Assembly: GCA_965203465.1 (NCBI GenBank)
Contig: CBDBCR010000001.1
Coordinates: 864,001-928,000 of the forward strand
DNA length: 64,000 nucleotides
Reading direction: 5' to 3'
DNA from: Nitrosopumilaceae archaeon
Lineage (GTDB): Archaea; Thermoproteota; Nitrososphaeria; Nitrososphaerales; Nitrosopumilaceae
The notes beneath the pieces were generated by a model. The model was given only the letters and a program-made list of their open reading frames with translations, had not been told where the DNA came from and did no database searches. A program made the position numbers and the translations under genes. Of this stretch, positions 9,572 to 19,628 are shown piece by piece; the first letter of the stretch is position 1; each line of letters starts with the position of its first letter.

Positions 9572-10936
9572 TCACGGCAGGCGCTGCACCAGAAAGCCGT
9601 ACTCTTTGCAGCCGTCGTAGTGGCCGCGTATCTCGGGCTGCCACCCGCGGCCCGCGTCGAGCATGTCCAGCGAGCGCCTCAGCTCCGGGATGGAGCCGTA
9701 GCACCGGCCGTTGCGGCGCACCAGGCCCTCGAGGAACTCCTCCTGGGGCAGCGAGTCGCTCTTTTTGCAGTTGCAGTCCCTGCAGGACAGCACCAGGTTC
9801 CAGGGGTCGTCTTCGAACATGTAAGACCACGGTATCAGATGATCCACGTCTGTGCGGCCCTCCTCCAGCCTGCTCCGGCAGTAAAAGCAGTGGCGCGTGT
9901 GGTCCAGGTACAGGCGCCTGTACGCGGCCAGGCTGCCCCTGGCCGCGTCGTACCTTTCCAGCTTTGCTATCAGCATGGGCATCGAGTTTATCCTTTCCAG
10001 GAATTTTGCCCACTCTGCGAGCACCGCCGACGAGAGCACGTTGTAGTTGTCCCTGAAAAAGGAGAACGCCTCGGGCTTGAGCCAGATCTTCTGCTCGTCG
10101 TCGTCGTACCCGTAGAACATGTCGGTGCGCACCGCCCCGGAGCGGTGCCTGAGGTTCTGGAACCGGGGCACCACCAGCGACGTCTTGCTCCTTGCGTGGC
10201 CAAAGACCGTCTTTAGTATCTCGGACTCTGCCCTCCGCACGTCCGCCCTGTCCAGCTTTGCAAAGTCGCCGGGCGCGCTGCCGCCGAAGACCCGGCGTAT
10301 CGCGAGGATGGCCTTGGGGTCGCTTTCGGTCCTGAAGTCCTGCTTTATGCGGAACTTGCACTCTTGGTGCCAATAGTACCGCAGGAACCTCGAGGCGAGG
10401 TACCTGTAGGGTATCTCCAGCGCGCCCGCGGAGTCGGGGGAGGCGCGCGCGTTCTCCCGGCAGTGATCCAGGATGGCGCGCGCCAGCGCGAACTTGTACG
10501 TGTTGGCCTTGCCGCCCCTGCGCAGTATGGCCATGAACGCGTCGTCCATGTCCGGAAGGTCCGGGGCCGCGCCGGGATCGGAGACGTCGGCCCAGCCGGG
10601 GGGCAGCTCTTTTGCCAGCCGGAACACGCCGCTGCCTTTTTTCCAGTCTGCCAGCGCGCCTTTGCCGCGGAGCTTTGCAAGCTCTTGGTCGACTGCGTTG
10701 TAAAAGTCGCTCGACTTTCTGGCCCCGCCCCACAGGCTCGGGTGCAGGTGGAGCCGCTCTGCGATCGGCTCCAGGAACTCGCTGCGGGCGTGCCAGACCG
10801 GCTCGTCGCGCAGCGCGCCCTGCCCCCGCGCCGCGGCCCCGCCGATCTCTGATATCGTCCTGCCGCCGCCCCCGAACACGTCGGCCATGGCGGCCCGCAG
10901 GTGGTCCCTGCGGATGGCGCCCTCGTAGTGAGCCAC
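9572..10936 (-). CDS. HNH endonuclease with N-terminal Mrr_N/wHTH-like region (type IV restriction-like)
   Basis: CFYC...DVDHLIPW...WNLVLSCRDCNCKK; NTYKFALARAIL motif. Confidence 0.85.
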   Translation of the reverse strand: MAHYEGAIRRDHLRAAMADVFGGGGRTISEIGGAAARGQGALRDEPVWHARSEFLEPIAERLHLHPSLWGGARKSSDFYNAVDQELAKLRGKGALADWKKGSGVFRLAKELPPGWADVSDPGAAPDLPDMDDAFMAILRRGGKANTYKFALARAILDHCRENARASPDSAGALEIPYRYLASRFLRYYWHQECKFRIKQDFRTESDPKAILAIRRVFGGSAPGDFAKLDRADVRRAESEILKTVFGHARSKTSLVVPRFQNLRHRSGAVRTDMFYGYDDDEQKIWLKPEAFSFFRDNYNVLSSAVLAEWAKFLERINSMPMLIAKLERYDAARGSLAAYRRLYLDHTRHCFYCRSRLEEGRTDVDHLIPWSYMFEDDPWNLVLSCRDCNCKKSDSLPQEEFLEGLVRRNGRCYGSIPELRRSLDMLDAGRGWQPEIRGHYDGCKEYGFLVQRLP

Positions 10937-11129
10937 GGGTTTTGGCTACCGGCCCTGCGTAAATGTGTGACGGGGCAGGGCGCGCCCCTGCCGATTTGCC
11001 GCGCCGTACCGGGCATGGCCCCTGCCGCCCGAAGCCCACCCGTGCTCGTGGTCGAAGGCACGTCTCTTATACGAAGCCCGCAATCTGCCCCTCCAACACT
11101 ATTATGCCTGGAAATGCGTTGGTTGAGCG

Positions 11130-12629
11130 GTGGCCACCATCCAAGCGAGCAGCCGTGACGCCGGGCCGGGGCACGAGGCGGGTGCGAAAAACGGCGTCTT
11201 TGCGACCGATGAACCGGGCGCACCAGGACGGTCTCCCCGGCGCGGACAGAGCTTGGAAATCGGCATGTCGCCCCAAGAGGTGATTCGGTTCCTGCAATCA
11301 CGCGAATCAACAGACTACGACAAAAACTACTACACGCTCAAGCGCATCGTATCTGAAAACCCCGCGGAATACTCTCGGCTCGCAAGGCGCATGCCAAACA
11401 TGTCTGGCGTGTTCCGCAGCGGGTTGTTTGAGGCGCTGTCCGCATCCGACGCCGCCCTGGACTGGGAGTCGGTTCTGGAGCTTTGCGGTACGATGCTAGA
11501 CGGTGCCGGCCGCACAGAAAGCATCGATTCCCTGCTGGACGACTGCGGGACTCTGTTGCGCAAAAATCTAAAGCCTGGCAGGATCCCGTTCGAATTGCGC
11601 CAGAACGCTTGGAGCGTGCTGGATCGAGCCACAAAACTTGCGCTATCTGATCCCAGTCCGTACGAATCCCGCGGCTCGAATCCCAGCGCATTCATTGCGT
11701 GCATAAACAGCGGAACGGGGGAAACTGCGCTTGCAATAGTCCAATATTCGGTCTGGTGCTACTTTGGCCTAAAAGCCGGCGGCCATGCGCCCGACCGGTT
11801 GCCCGAAGAGGCGAAGACCGCGCTTGAATCGCTGCTGGGCAGCGGCGGATCCCCCCTCGTCCACGCTGCCATGGGGCTCGGCTTTGCCGAGTTGATGTCG
11901 ATCGACCGTGCCTGGGCCTCCAAGCGCGCAGGGACGGTGTTTGTGCGCGGGCATCCGGCGGGGGACGCCGCGTGGGAGTCGTACGTCCGGAATCGCGTGC
12001 ACCCGGCCAGCTTCAAGGCGCTTTTTCAGGAATACGTGTACCGGCTGGGCGCCACTTCCAGGCTCGAGACCCTTGAAATGACCGCGGATCACGTGGTCGT
12101 AGCGCACCTGCACTGCCTTGGAGACACCGACGTGCTGATCGACTCGATCATCGAAAAGAAGGACGGCGCCTTGCTGTCGTATCTGGTGCGGCGCATGGGA
12201 CAGTCGGCAAACCGCTGGCCCGGCAGCGGATCCGGGGCGGACGTGGGCGCGTTTGCCCTGCGCAAAGAGGTGCTGGCAAACCCGAGTGCGGGATGGCTGT
12301 TTCTGAACAAGCGCATGGCAGACAAAGATCGCCTGGATATGCTGGACCGCACACTGGCCGCGACGGGGGGAAAGATCGATCCCGCATCCCTCGTACTCGA
12401 GGATCTCAAACCAATGGCCAGTTCGTACCCGGCCAAGACCGTCGCCTGCGTAGAAAGGATAGCATCCATACGCAAGGCGGACGACGGAATCTTCAGCCTG
12501 CTCGCGGTAATCTACGAGACGCTCCAGGCCGCGCTTGAGACGAAAAACGCCGAGGCGGAACGGGCTGCGAGGCGGGTGGCCAACGCTCTGGGCGCGTACG
12601 GGTTTGAGAGGTTCCGCAGACTCTCCTAA
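11130..12629 (+). CDS. Alpha-helical repeat protein, probably the orphan C-terminal part of a large defence protein
   Basis: 499 aa, lower GC, no enzyme motif; segments such as DWESVLELC, IDRAWA, AAWESY and NALGAYGF resemble tails of Avs/SIR2-DUF4020 proteins. Confidence 0.55.
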   Translation: MATIQASSRDAGPGHEAGAKNGVFATDEPGAPGRSPRRGQSLEIGMSPQEVIRFLQSRESTDYDKNYYTLKRIVSENPAEYSRLARRMPNMSGVFRSGLFEALSASDAALDWESVLELCGTMLDGAGRTESIDSLLDDCGTLLRKNLKPGRIPFELRQNAWSVLDRATKLALSDPSPYESRGSNPSAFIACINSGTGETALAIVQYSVWCYFGLKAGGHAPDRLPEEAKTALESLLGSGGSPLVHAAMGLGFAELMSIDRAWASKRAGTVFVRGHPAGDAAWESYVRNRVHPASFKALFQEYVYRLGATSRLETLEMTADHVVVAHLHCLGDTDVLIDSIIEKKDGALLSYLVRRMGQSANRWPGSGSGADVGAFALRKEVLANPSAGWLFLNKRMADKDRLDMLDRTLAATGGKIDPASLVLEDLKPMASSYPAKTVACVERIASIRKADDGIFSLLAVIYETLQAALETKNAEAERAARRVANALGAYGFERFRRLS

Positions 12630-12657
12630 ATCCGAGCGATCCCTACCGGACAGTCCG

Positions 12658-13082
12658 TCACGCCCTTGCATCTTGCGACCTGCCGATTACGTCCAAGACA
12701 AGTTCCGGCCCTCTCATGTTTGCTACCAAGGACGTCCATTTGGACGCTTGGATCGTCTGTTCCGATTCTACGCACAAACGGATCCTGGTCTTGTTTATAG
12801 TCTCGGATGCATGTCGACCGTCCGTTTGTTCTGCAAAGCGTGGTTCTGGGATCTGCCAACCCGGTGCTGGAACTTTTTCGGATCCGCCACGTCGTCTCTT
12901 GCAGCTCCGGGCTGTTTCATCGGATCCGAGACAAACGGCGCGCTGCTGGTCGGAACCTCGATCATGGCGTCCCGCCCGTGTCCTCTTGTCTTGTTCAGCG
13001 CCGCAAAATGTAGAAACGTACCGCTCTCGTTCAGGTATTCGGACATCTTTTTGAAATCGTCGCGATCACTTTCCTTGCTCAT
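12658..13082 (-). pseudogene. Degraded putative PD-(D/E)XK-like gene
   Basis: MSKESDRDDFKK...RTVD then a frame change near 12810 to ASETINKTRIRLCVE; TATA at ~13110. Confidence 0.3.
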
Positions 13083-13202
13083 TACTGCGCCCCGAACGGC
13101 GGAAACGGGTATAAAAGCGCCGCTTCGCCAAAGGCCGGAGCCGCCTGACCCGCGCGCCGGGCCCGGCGCATAGGATATTAACGGCGCGCCGGGGGCGCCG
13201 GC

Positions 13203-14774
13203 GTGAAAAAGCGCACAAAGGGGATACTCGCCTTTGCGTTCCTCGGTGGCATCATGGTCACCTCCGGGGTCACCATCGCCATACCGGGCATCGTGCCCGA
13301 GGACGAGAGCATGAGGATAACCGAGACGGGCACGCCTGCGGACAACTTTCCGGACGTGCAGCGCCCGCAGTTCTGCGGCGAGGGCGTGCCGGGCCGGACC
13401 CCCTACGTGACCGAGTACGGGGTGCCCACGCCGTGCACGCTGCCGCTGGCCATCACGTCGGATCCGTCAGGCAAGCTGTGGTTCGTGCAGACCAACACGG
13501 GCATGGTGGCAAGCTTTGATCCGCTCACCGAGCAGTTCGAAGAGTTCGAGAACCCGACGTGGCCGGCGCGGGCGCGCTCGATGATGTGGGGCGCCGACTA
13601 TTCGGCCGACAACTCGATCTGGTACTCGGACGAGGTCAACGACGCGGTGTGGCGCTTTTCCATAGACGACGGGCAGTACCGGCGGGTGGACTTTCCGGCG
13701 GCCGAGCGCCAGGGGGCCTCGATGCCCGACCCGCTGCCGCAGCGCGTCATGGCCGACGGCTCGCAGATAATAGTCAACGACCTTTTCGGCAACAAGATAA
13801 CCCTGCTCGACGCGAGCCTGTCCGGCGACGATCACGTGGACGTGCCCTCGCCGCTGCCGTCCGGATTCACCGGCGGGTTCGCCAAGGGGGCCGGCTCGCA
13901 GCTGTGGTACACGTCGTGGAACCCCGGCGCCGGCGGCCTGCTGGTCAGCCTGGACATGGACCAGTACCGGCGGGCGGTGGCCTCGGGGGAGGATCCGTCC
14001 GGGAGCATGCGCACGTTCGAGTTCCCCGCGTCCGTGCAGACTGTCAACGGCATCGTGGAATCGGCCGGCCGGGTGTGGATGGCCGACACGTCCACGTCCA
14101 ACTTTTACTCGTTCGAGCCGGCCGGCGAATCGTTCACCCAGTACACGCTGGCGCGCCCCGCCGAGGCCTCGTACGGCAACCAGACCGGCATAGTCGCCTC
14201 GCCGCTGGCAAGGCCCTACTGGGCCGACGTCCACCGCGACGGCCGCATAATATTCAACGAGCAGACGGCCAACCGGATATCGCTCTTCGACCCTTCCGAC
14301 GAGTCGCTCACCGGCTACGACATACCCTCGCGCAACCCAGTCTGGGCCGACTGCGGGGACTTGCCCGACTGCGGCCTGGCGCAGGCGTTCGACTTTGAGC
14401 CGGTCGGGGACAAGATATGGTACACGGGGTGGGTCACCAACACCATAGGGGCCGTCGATACGTCCGTCGAGCCGCCAGTCTCGGTCTCCGTAGAGCCTCG
14501 CACCGTCGTGTACGGGATAGACGAGGCCGTCGTGATGACAGTCTCTGCCTCCGAGCAGGTAAGCGCGGCCGTCGAGGCCAACGCGAGCACCTCGTCGCTG
14601 GCCGCCCAGATACCCGGCGAGTTCGGCGCGTTCGAGCTGGAGGCGGGCGGCCGGGAGGCCATACCCATAGGGGTGTTCGCGCCCGACCCCGAGCCGGGGA
14701 CCTACAAGATGCTCGTCGGCGTGAGCACCGACGGCCTAGTGGTCGGCCAGTACGTCACGGCAGTAGTCCCATGA
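13203..14774 (+). CDS. Membrane-anchored beta-propeller, virginiamycin B lyase-like
   Basis: N-terminal TM helix; repeated D..G.IW(F/Y) blades; C-terminal Ig-like region. Confidence 0.85.
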   Translation: MKKRTKGILAFAFLGGIMVTSGVTIAIPGIVPEDESMRITETGTPADNFPDVQRPQFCGEGVPGRTPYVTEYGVPTPCTLPLAITSDPSGKLWFVQTNTGMVASFDPLTEQFEEFENPTWPARARSMMWGADYSADNSIWYSDEVNDAVWRFSIDDGQYRRVDFPAAERQGASMPDPLPQRVMADGSQIIVNDLFGNKITLLDASLSGDDHVDVPSPLPSGFTGGFAKGAGSQLWYTSWNPGAGGLLVSLDMDQYRRAVASGEDPSGSMRTFEFPASVQTVNGIVESAGRVWMADTSTSNFYSFEPAGESFTQYTLARPAEASYGNQTGIVASPLARPYWADVHRDGRIIFNEQTANRISLFDPSDESLTGYDIPSRNPVWADCGDLPDCGLAQAFDFEPVGDKIWYTGWVTNTIGAVDTSVEPPVSVSVEPRTVVYGIDEAVVMTVSASEQVSAAVEANASTSSLAAQIPGEFGAFELEAGGREAIPIGVFAPDPEPGTYKMLVGVSTDGLVVGQYVTAVVP

Positions 14775-15919
14775 TCGGCGTGCCGCCGGCGGACCGGGCG
14801 GTCGGCATGCTCTGCTACAGCACGCAGAACCCGGGCTGCGGCGGCGCGCTGCGCTCGGCGCCGGGCGACTTTGCGGTCCAGGAGGTGCTGCAGCCGGGCG
14901 CGCTCGACGGGGTGGGCCCGTCTGGCCCGTACCCCCTCTACGCGCTGTACAAGGCCGGCACGGACACCAACGGGGCCCTGCGGCAGGTGCGCAAAAAGAC
15001 GGGGCTGCGCCTGCTGGCCATGGGCCTCAAGGATTCGGACGCGTACACCCGGCAGTACCTGTACTCGGTCTCGCGCGCGCGCGGGCCCCCGCGAGCCTCG
15101 GGCCGCCGGTGGCGCCTGCGCAGGCTGGGCTTCACGCAGAGGCCCCTGTCCAAGCGGCACATGTCGGGCAACAGGTTCGTAGTGCGCGTCGAGGGGGCCG
15201 GCAAGATGCCCGACAAGATGCCCGACCCCGGGCCGGTCGCAAACTTTTACGGGTACCAGCGCTTCGGCCTGCCCTCGCCGGTCACGCACCTGGTAGGCAG
15301 GGCCCTGGTGCGCGGGGACCTGGACGGGGCTGTGCGCGCCCTGCTGGGCGCCGACGCGTCGGACCCCGAAATGGCGCTGCGGGAGCTGCCGCCCGGCGCC
15401 GGGCCCGAAAGGGCGGTCCTTTGCGCGCTCGCGCGCGGCTCGGATCCCGTCGGGGCGCTGCGGCAGCTGCCCGTCTCGCTGCGCCGCCTGTACGTCAACG
15501 CCTACCAGTCGTACCTGTTCAACCTGTCGCTCAGCGCGGCCCTCGAGGCGGGCGAGCGGCTCGGCCCGTCCGAGGGCGACGTGTGCTACGGGCCCGGCGG
15601 GGACCTCGGGAGGTACTCGGGGCAGAAGCACCAGCGCCTCGCGATCCCGGTGGCCGGCCACTCTTACTACGCAAAGACGCGCTTCCACCGGTACGTCTCG
15701 GAGGCTGCCTCCTCGGAGGGGGCCAGAATGCCCGACTTTAGGGTGCGCGCGCTGCCCGAATCGGGCGCCGAGGGGGGCTTCCGGCAGGCGCTCATCTCGG
15801 TGCGCGGGTTCGGCGCGGGGGGGCAGTGGGCCTGGTTCGAGCTCTCGCGCGGCTCTTACGCCACGGTGCTGCTGCGCGAGCTGATCAAGCCCCGCGATCC
15901 GGCCCTTGCCGGTTTCTGA
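14771..15919 (+). CDS. truD: tRNA pseudouridine(13) synthase
   Basis: DFAVQE, GLKD, GNRF, NFYGYQRFG, AYQSYLFN, GSYATVLLRE. Confidence 0.95.
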   Translation: MIGVPPADRAVGMLCYSTQNPGCGGALRSAPGDFAVQEVLQPGALDGVGPSGPYPLYALYKAGTDTNGALRQVRKKTGLRLLAMGLKDSDAYTRQYLYSVSRARGPPRASGRRWRLRRLGFTQRPLSKRHMSGNRFVVRVEGAGKMPDKMPDPGPVANFYGYQRFGLPSPVTHLVGRALVRGDLDGAVRALLGADASDPEMALRELPPGAGPERAVLCALARGSDPVGALRQLPVSLRRLYVNAYQSYLFNLSLSAALEAGERLGPSEGDVCYGPGGDLGRYSGQKHQRLAIPVAGHSYYAKTRFHRYVSEAASSEGARMPDFRVRALPESGAEGGFRQALISVRGFGAGGQWAWFELSRGSYATVLLRELIKPRDPALAGF

Positions 15920-16118
15920 GCAGGAACGCCAGGGCGGCGAGGCCGGCGCCGGCCGAGGCTATCTGGAGGCCGTACGCCTCCCAGTCGGGGCTTGCGTACA
16001 TGAAGGAGTATTCGGGGCCCACCAGCGCGAGGCCCTGCAGGTGGAAGACTATGCCGGCAGCGCACAGGGCAGCGCCGCCTGCCACGGCCGCCCGGGCCGG
16101 GCTAAAAGATTTGACCAT
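15885..16118 (-). CDS. Small membrane protein
   Basis: Two hydrophobic helices around FHLQG...VGPEYSFMY. Confidence 0.7.
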   Translation of the reverse strand: MVKSFSPARAAVAGGAALCAAGIVFHLQGLALVGPEYSFMYASPDWEAYGLQIASAGAGLAALAFLLRNRQGPDRGA

Positions 16119-16162
16119 TGCTCAAAGGGGGTGCGCGCGGCCCCTTTAATTACGATAGCGCG

Positions 16163-16855
16163 ATGGGGGCCGTGGAGGACTGGGACGGGACCGGAAAGCG
16201 CCGCTCGGGGCACGCCGACATTGTGCTGTTCGTGATCTCGGCTGCGGCCGCCGTGCTCGCATTCCTGGTCTTCGCGCCCCAGATAGAGAGGATAAACTCC
16301 GAATCGCCGGTGCTGCTGACGGTGCTGTTCGCGCCGGCCATGGGGATAGGGCTGCTGTACGGCATGAGGATGACGGAGCTGGCGGTGCGCCCGTCCGAGA
16401 CGCGCGGGGCCCTCAGGCGGTCGGCCACCAAGGTGTTCCTGTTCTTTTTCGTGATCGGCGGCCTGTTCAGCTCGGTCAACTTTGCGCTCAACGGGGGCAG
16501 CATAATGCCCGAGCTGGACATTTTGGAGGACGGGCTGCTGGCCTGGGCCGAGGCGTTCGTGTACGCCAACGGCGGGGCCACGTTCCTGATACTGTCCAGC
16601 ATAGCCTTGATGGCCTCTGCCACCAAGAGGATCGTGGGGATGAGCTCCGGGCTGCTCAACCGGGCCGTCACGTGCGTGAGCACGTTCATCTTTTTTTCGA
16701 TGCTGGCCCTCGGCTTCACCGGCTCGGACCCGACGCACTCTGCGGTGTTCCTGTACACGTTCTACCACGCCGGCATAATAGGCGGGGCGTTCATCGCGAT
16801 GAACCGCCTCACGCGCAACCTCAACACCATGGAAGACTACGCCAACGGGTACTAG
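16163..16855 (+). CDS. Multi-pass membrane protein
   Basis: About 6 TM segments; TTTAATTA upstream. Confidence 0.8.
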   Translation: MGAVEDWDGTGKRRSGHADIVLFVISAAAAVLAFLVFAPQIERINSESPVLLTVLFAPAMGIGLLYGMRMTELAVRPSETRGALRRSATKVFLFFFVIGGLFSSVNFALNGGSIMPELDILEDGLLAWAEAFVYANGGATFLILSSIALMASATKRIVGMSSGLLNRAVTCVSTFIFFSMLALGFTGSDPTHSAVFLYTFYHAGIIGGAFIAMNRLTRNLNTMEDYANGY

Positions 16856-16950
16856 AGGGCACCCGTGCATCGGGGCCCAAGGCGCCGGATCAGAGCGGCG
16901 CGGGAGGGGAGCCCCGCGGGGCGCCCCTTTTCCGAGCCTCCGAAAAAACT

Positions 16951-17040
16951 CTACTTGTGCGGGTTTTTGCCCGACGGGTTCCCCGTCTTGCTGGCGCCGC
17001 CGGCCTTGCCGGAGCCGCCGCCCTTTCCTGCTTTGGCCAT
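16951..17040 (-). CDS. 29-aa Gly/Lys-rich basic peptide
   Basis: MAKAGKGGGSGKAGGASKTGNPSGKNPHK; CTTATTA ~25 nt upstream; T-tract after the stop. Confidence 0.55.
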   Translation of the reverse strand: MAKAGKGGGSGKAGGASKTGNPSGKNPHK

Positions 17041-17092
17041 GGATGGCTTGCGCGGGCGGGCGTAATAAGGAATCCGCACGATCAGTCCGGCG

Positions 17093-18091
17093 TTACAGGA
17101 TGCGGCCGTCCAGCGAGGCCGAGCGGAAGAGTTTCTCGGCCTCGAGCAGGCCCGAGTACCACCCGACCGTGCGCGTCTGCGGCAGGTCCGCCGTGCGGCC
17201 CGACCGGAGGGCCGAGAGGATCTCGCGGACCCCGTCGGCCACCGACAGGCGGGCCGAAAAGCCGGCCTCTTTGGCCCTTGCAAAGCTGGCCCTGTAGGAG
17301 CGCGCGTCGGCGCCGCCGTACCACCTTCTGCGCGGCGCCACGCCGGCGGCCCGGGCCACCTCCGAGGAGAGCTGCCGGATCTGCCAGTTCTGCGAGCCCA
17401 CGTTGAACGTGCCCGACGCGTCCGAGCCCACAAAGTGCGCGTAGGCGCGCGCCGCGTCGCGCACGTGGATTAGGGGCCTCCACTGGCGCCCGTCGCGCAT
17501 GACCTGCATGCTTCCGTCCCTCCAGAGCCCGAGCGCCATGGCGTTGACGGCCAGGTCGAAGCGCATGCGCGGCGAGAGCCCGAAGACGGTGGCGAAGCGC
17601 AGCGAGACGGTCCTGAACCCGGCGGCGTCCAGCTTTTCCGCGGCCGCCTCGGCTGCCAAGTTGGCCCGGGCGTACGCGGTCAGGGGGCGGGTTCGGGAAC
17701 CCTCGTCGAGCACCCCGCCGGCCGCGCCGTACACGGAGCAGCTCGACGCGAGCACGTACCTGCCGACGCCCATCTGGCGGGCCAGCCTGGCCGTGCGCGC
17801 CCGCCCGCGGTGGTTTATCTGGTCGGTCTTTGCGGGGTCGAGCTGGCCGGCCGGATCGTTGGATATGGACGCCATGTCCACCACCGCCTGCACGCCGCGC
17901 AGCAGGCGCTTGTCGAAACTGCGCGAGTCGGCCCTGATCAGCCTCAAGCGCGGGTTCCTGGAGACCGGTGCGAGGGATCCGGCGCCGAAAAAGAACCTGT
18001 CCAGCACCCTGACCTCGTGCCCCGCGCGCAGCAGGTGACGCACCAGCACCGAGCCGACGTAGCCGGCCCCGCCGGTCACCAGTATCCTCAC
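17093..18091 (-). CDS. NAD-dependent epimerase/dehydratase (extended SDR)
   Basis: ILVTGGAGYVG, ASSCSVYG, RMRFDLAVN; the YxxxK motif reads YARAN. Confidence 0.92.
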   Translation of the reverse strand: MRILVTGGAGYVGSVLVRHLLRAGHEVRVLDRFFFGAGSLAPVSRNPRLRLIRADSRSFDKRLLRGVQAVVDMASISNDPAGQLDPAKTDQINHRGRARTARLARQMGVGRYVLASSCSVYGAAGGVLDEGSRTRPLTAYARANLAAEAAAEKLDAAGFRTVSLRFATVFGLSPRMRFDLAVNAMALGLWRDGSMQVMRDGRQWRPLIHVRDAARAYAHFVGSDASGTFNVGSQNWQIRQLSSEVARAAGVAPRRRWYGGADARSYRASFARAKEAGFSARLSVADGVREILSALRSGRTADLPQTRTVGWYSGLLEAEKLFRSASLDGRIL

Positions 18092-18195
18092 GGCAGGCCT
18101 CGGCCGCCTCGCGTTTTGAATGTTGGCCCGCGCCAGTTCGGTCGCCCGAAAGGCGGGGTGCCCGGGGCGGCCGCCCGTCCTGCCACAGTAGGTAT

Positions 18196-18552
18196 ATGTG
18201 GAAGTCTTTGGCGCGCCTTGCATTGGCAGACTTTGATTACGGATCGGTGCTTACGAGTTCGGCGATACTGGCTGGGCTCATCGGAATGGGGTTCGTTGCA
18301 AGCTTTAGGATAATGGACGTAGGCAAGTACATCGAAATGAAGGGACGGGTAAAGGGCCTGTACGCGCTGGGGTTTGTTGCAACGTGCTGTCCGTTCGCGG
18401 TCATTCTGACCGTCGTCTCTGACCATTACTCGCCCCTGGCCCACTTTTGGCTGTTTGTCTCAATGCTGGGCCTCATCGGCGCGTTCATGTACACCATGTG
18501 GTCTATAAGAGACGCCGAGCACAAGCCCGACAGGTGGACAAGCAAAGTCTAG
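18196..18552 (+). CDS. Small membrane protein (about 3 TM)
   Basis: Hydrophobic 118 aa ORF, lower GC. Confidence 0.65.
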   Translation: MWKSLARLALADFDYGSVLTSSAILAGLIGMGFVASFRIMDVGKYIEMKGRVKGLYALGFVATCCPFAVILTVVSDHYSPLAHFWLFVSMLGLIGAFMYTMWSIRDAEHKPDRWTSKV

Positions 18553-18827
18553 CAAGAGGGCCGACTGCCAGTATTCAGATTTCCCTTGTCTGCAACCACG
18601 AGGCGCATCTGCTCAAGTTCCTGCTTCACTTCCGTAAAGTTCCTTTCAAGCTCGTAAAACAGATCCACTCCGAACTTGTACTCTTTTGTGTACAGGATCT
18701 CGTCCAAGGCGCGGCGCGCTACGCCGAGGTGTCTTTTCCCGCCGTCGTTCTCCGATCTGACATCCCTCATCCGCCTGATGGTGTGTTCGATTCTTATTTT
18801 GTCGACGACTGGCACGGTCTTGCTCAT
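18549..18827 (-). CDS. Hypothetical protein
   Basis: 92 aa; TTATTTAT ~25 nt upstream; divergent from the Ubl operon. Confidence 0.6.
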   Translation of the reverse strand: MSKTVPVVDKIRIEHTIRRMRDVRSENDGGKRHLGVARRALDEILYTKEYKFGVDLFYELERNFTEVKQELEQMRLVVADKGNLNTGSRPSC

Positions 18828-18945
18828 ACGTGCCTGATCTGGGAAGCCTCATAAATAAGTATATGGCGATCAGACCGGGTTCTGGCCGGGGCACGGCGTG
18901 CCTGCCTCGAAAGGAATTATAGCCCGGTGCGCGTGATCGGGAAAC

Positions 18946-19242
18946 ATGGAGGACACGGGCGTTGCGGCCGGTTCTGGCACGGCGGAAAGCGGCCCTGCGG
19001 TGCCGTCTGCCGGAATAGACGTCAAGATTGGCGGCAGAAAAATCCACATCGGCGGGGCGGATCTGGGGCGCGTCACCGTCGATCTTTTGCTGAAGGAGGG
19101 CGGCTACGGGGAAGGCGAGATCAACGACTACGATCTTTTTGTGGCCGGCCAAGACGAGCCGCTGGACAGGGACGCCCCGGTCCGGATCACGGAAGGCATA
19201 CAGCTTCGCCCGATAAGGCGATCGAACCCGTACGGCCGATGA
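18946..19242 (+). CDS. Ubiquitin-like (multiubiquitin/beta-grasp) protein, BubA-like
   Basis: Beta-grasp pattern IDVKIGG...VTVDLLLKEGG...YDLF...VRITEGIQL; ends NPYG-R; first gene of the E2/E1 operon. Confidence 0.75.
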   Translation: MEDTGVAAGSGTAESGPAVPSAGIDVKIGGRKIHIGGADLGRVTVDLLLKEGGYGEGEINDYDLFVAGQDEPLDRDAPVRITEGIQLRPIRRSNPYGR

Positions 19243-19628
19243 ACCCCGACAAACTGCGCTCCGACGCGTCCCGCTTCGCAGGTGCCCGCGGCCTTGCGCT
19301 CGGGTTCGAGGAAAAAGACGGCCTAGTGTATGTGACGTTCGACCGCTACCCGATACCGTCGCCCGCGTACGACCGGGATCGAACGCGGCTGATGATATTC
19401 AACACGGTCGAATACCCAAAGACCGCGTTCGACATGTTCTTCACGGATCCGAGCGTGAGGCTTGCCAGCGGCCGGATGCCGGAAGGCACGTCGATCGCAA
19501 ACCACCTCGGCAGGGAATGGCTGCAGTGGAGCATCCACCCGTACAACGACGGCAGGTGGGATCCAGGCAGGGACGACTTGGACGGATTCATGGACTACGT
19601 AGAGCGCAGGTTCAAGAACGGTGATTGA
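19239..19628 (+). CDS. Prokaryotic E2 family E protein, BubB-like
   Basis: YPIP, YPKTAFDMFF, WLQWSIH, WDPGRDDL; contains no Cys; ATGA overlap with the Ubl gene. Confidence 0.85.
   Translation: MNPDKLRSDASRFAGARGLALGFEEKDGLVYVTFDRYPIPSPAYDRDRTRLMIFNTVEYPKTAFDMFFTDPSVRLASGRMPEGTSIANHLGREWLQWSIHPYNDGRWDPGRDDLDGFMDYVERRFKNGD

Noticed and set aside
3863-11039. Apparent long fusions 3863..6811 (982 aa) and 8493..11039 (848 aa)
   Set aside because: The N-terminal extensions are off-frame or antisense overlaps of neighbouring genes; real starts are at 5758 and 9533.
446-16870. Many long Arg/Pro/Ala-rich ORFs (e.g. 446..1501, 3798..5741, 14702..15688)
   Set aside because: Shadow frames of real genes caused by high GC3; no motifs.
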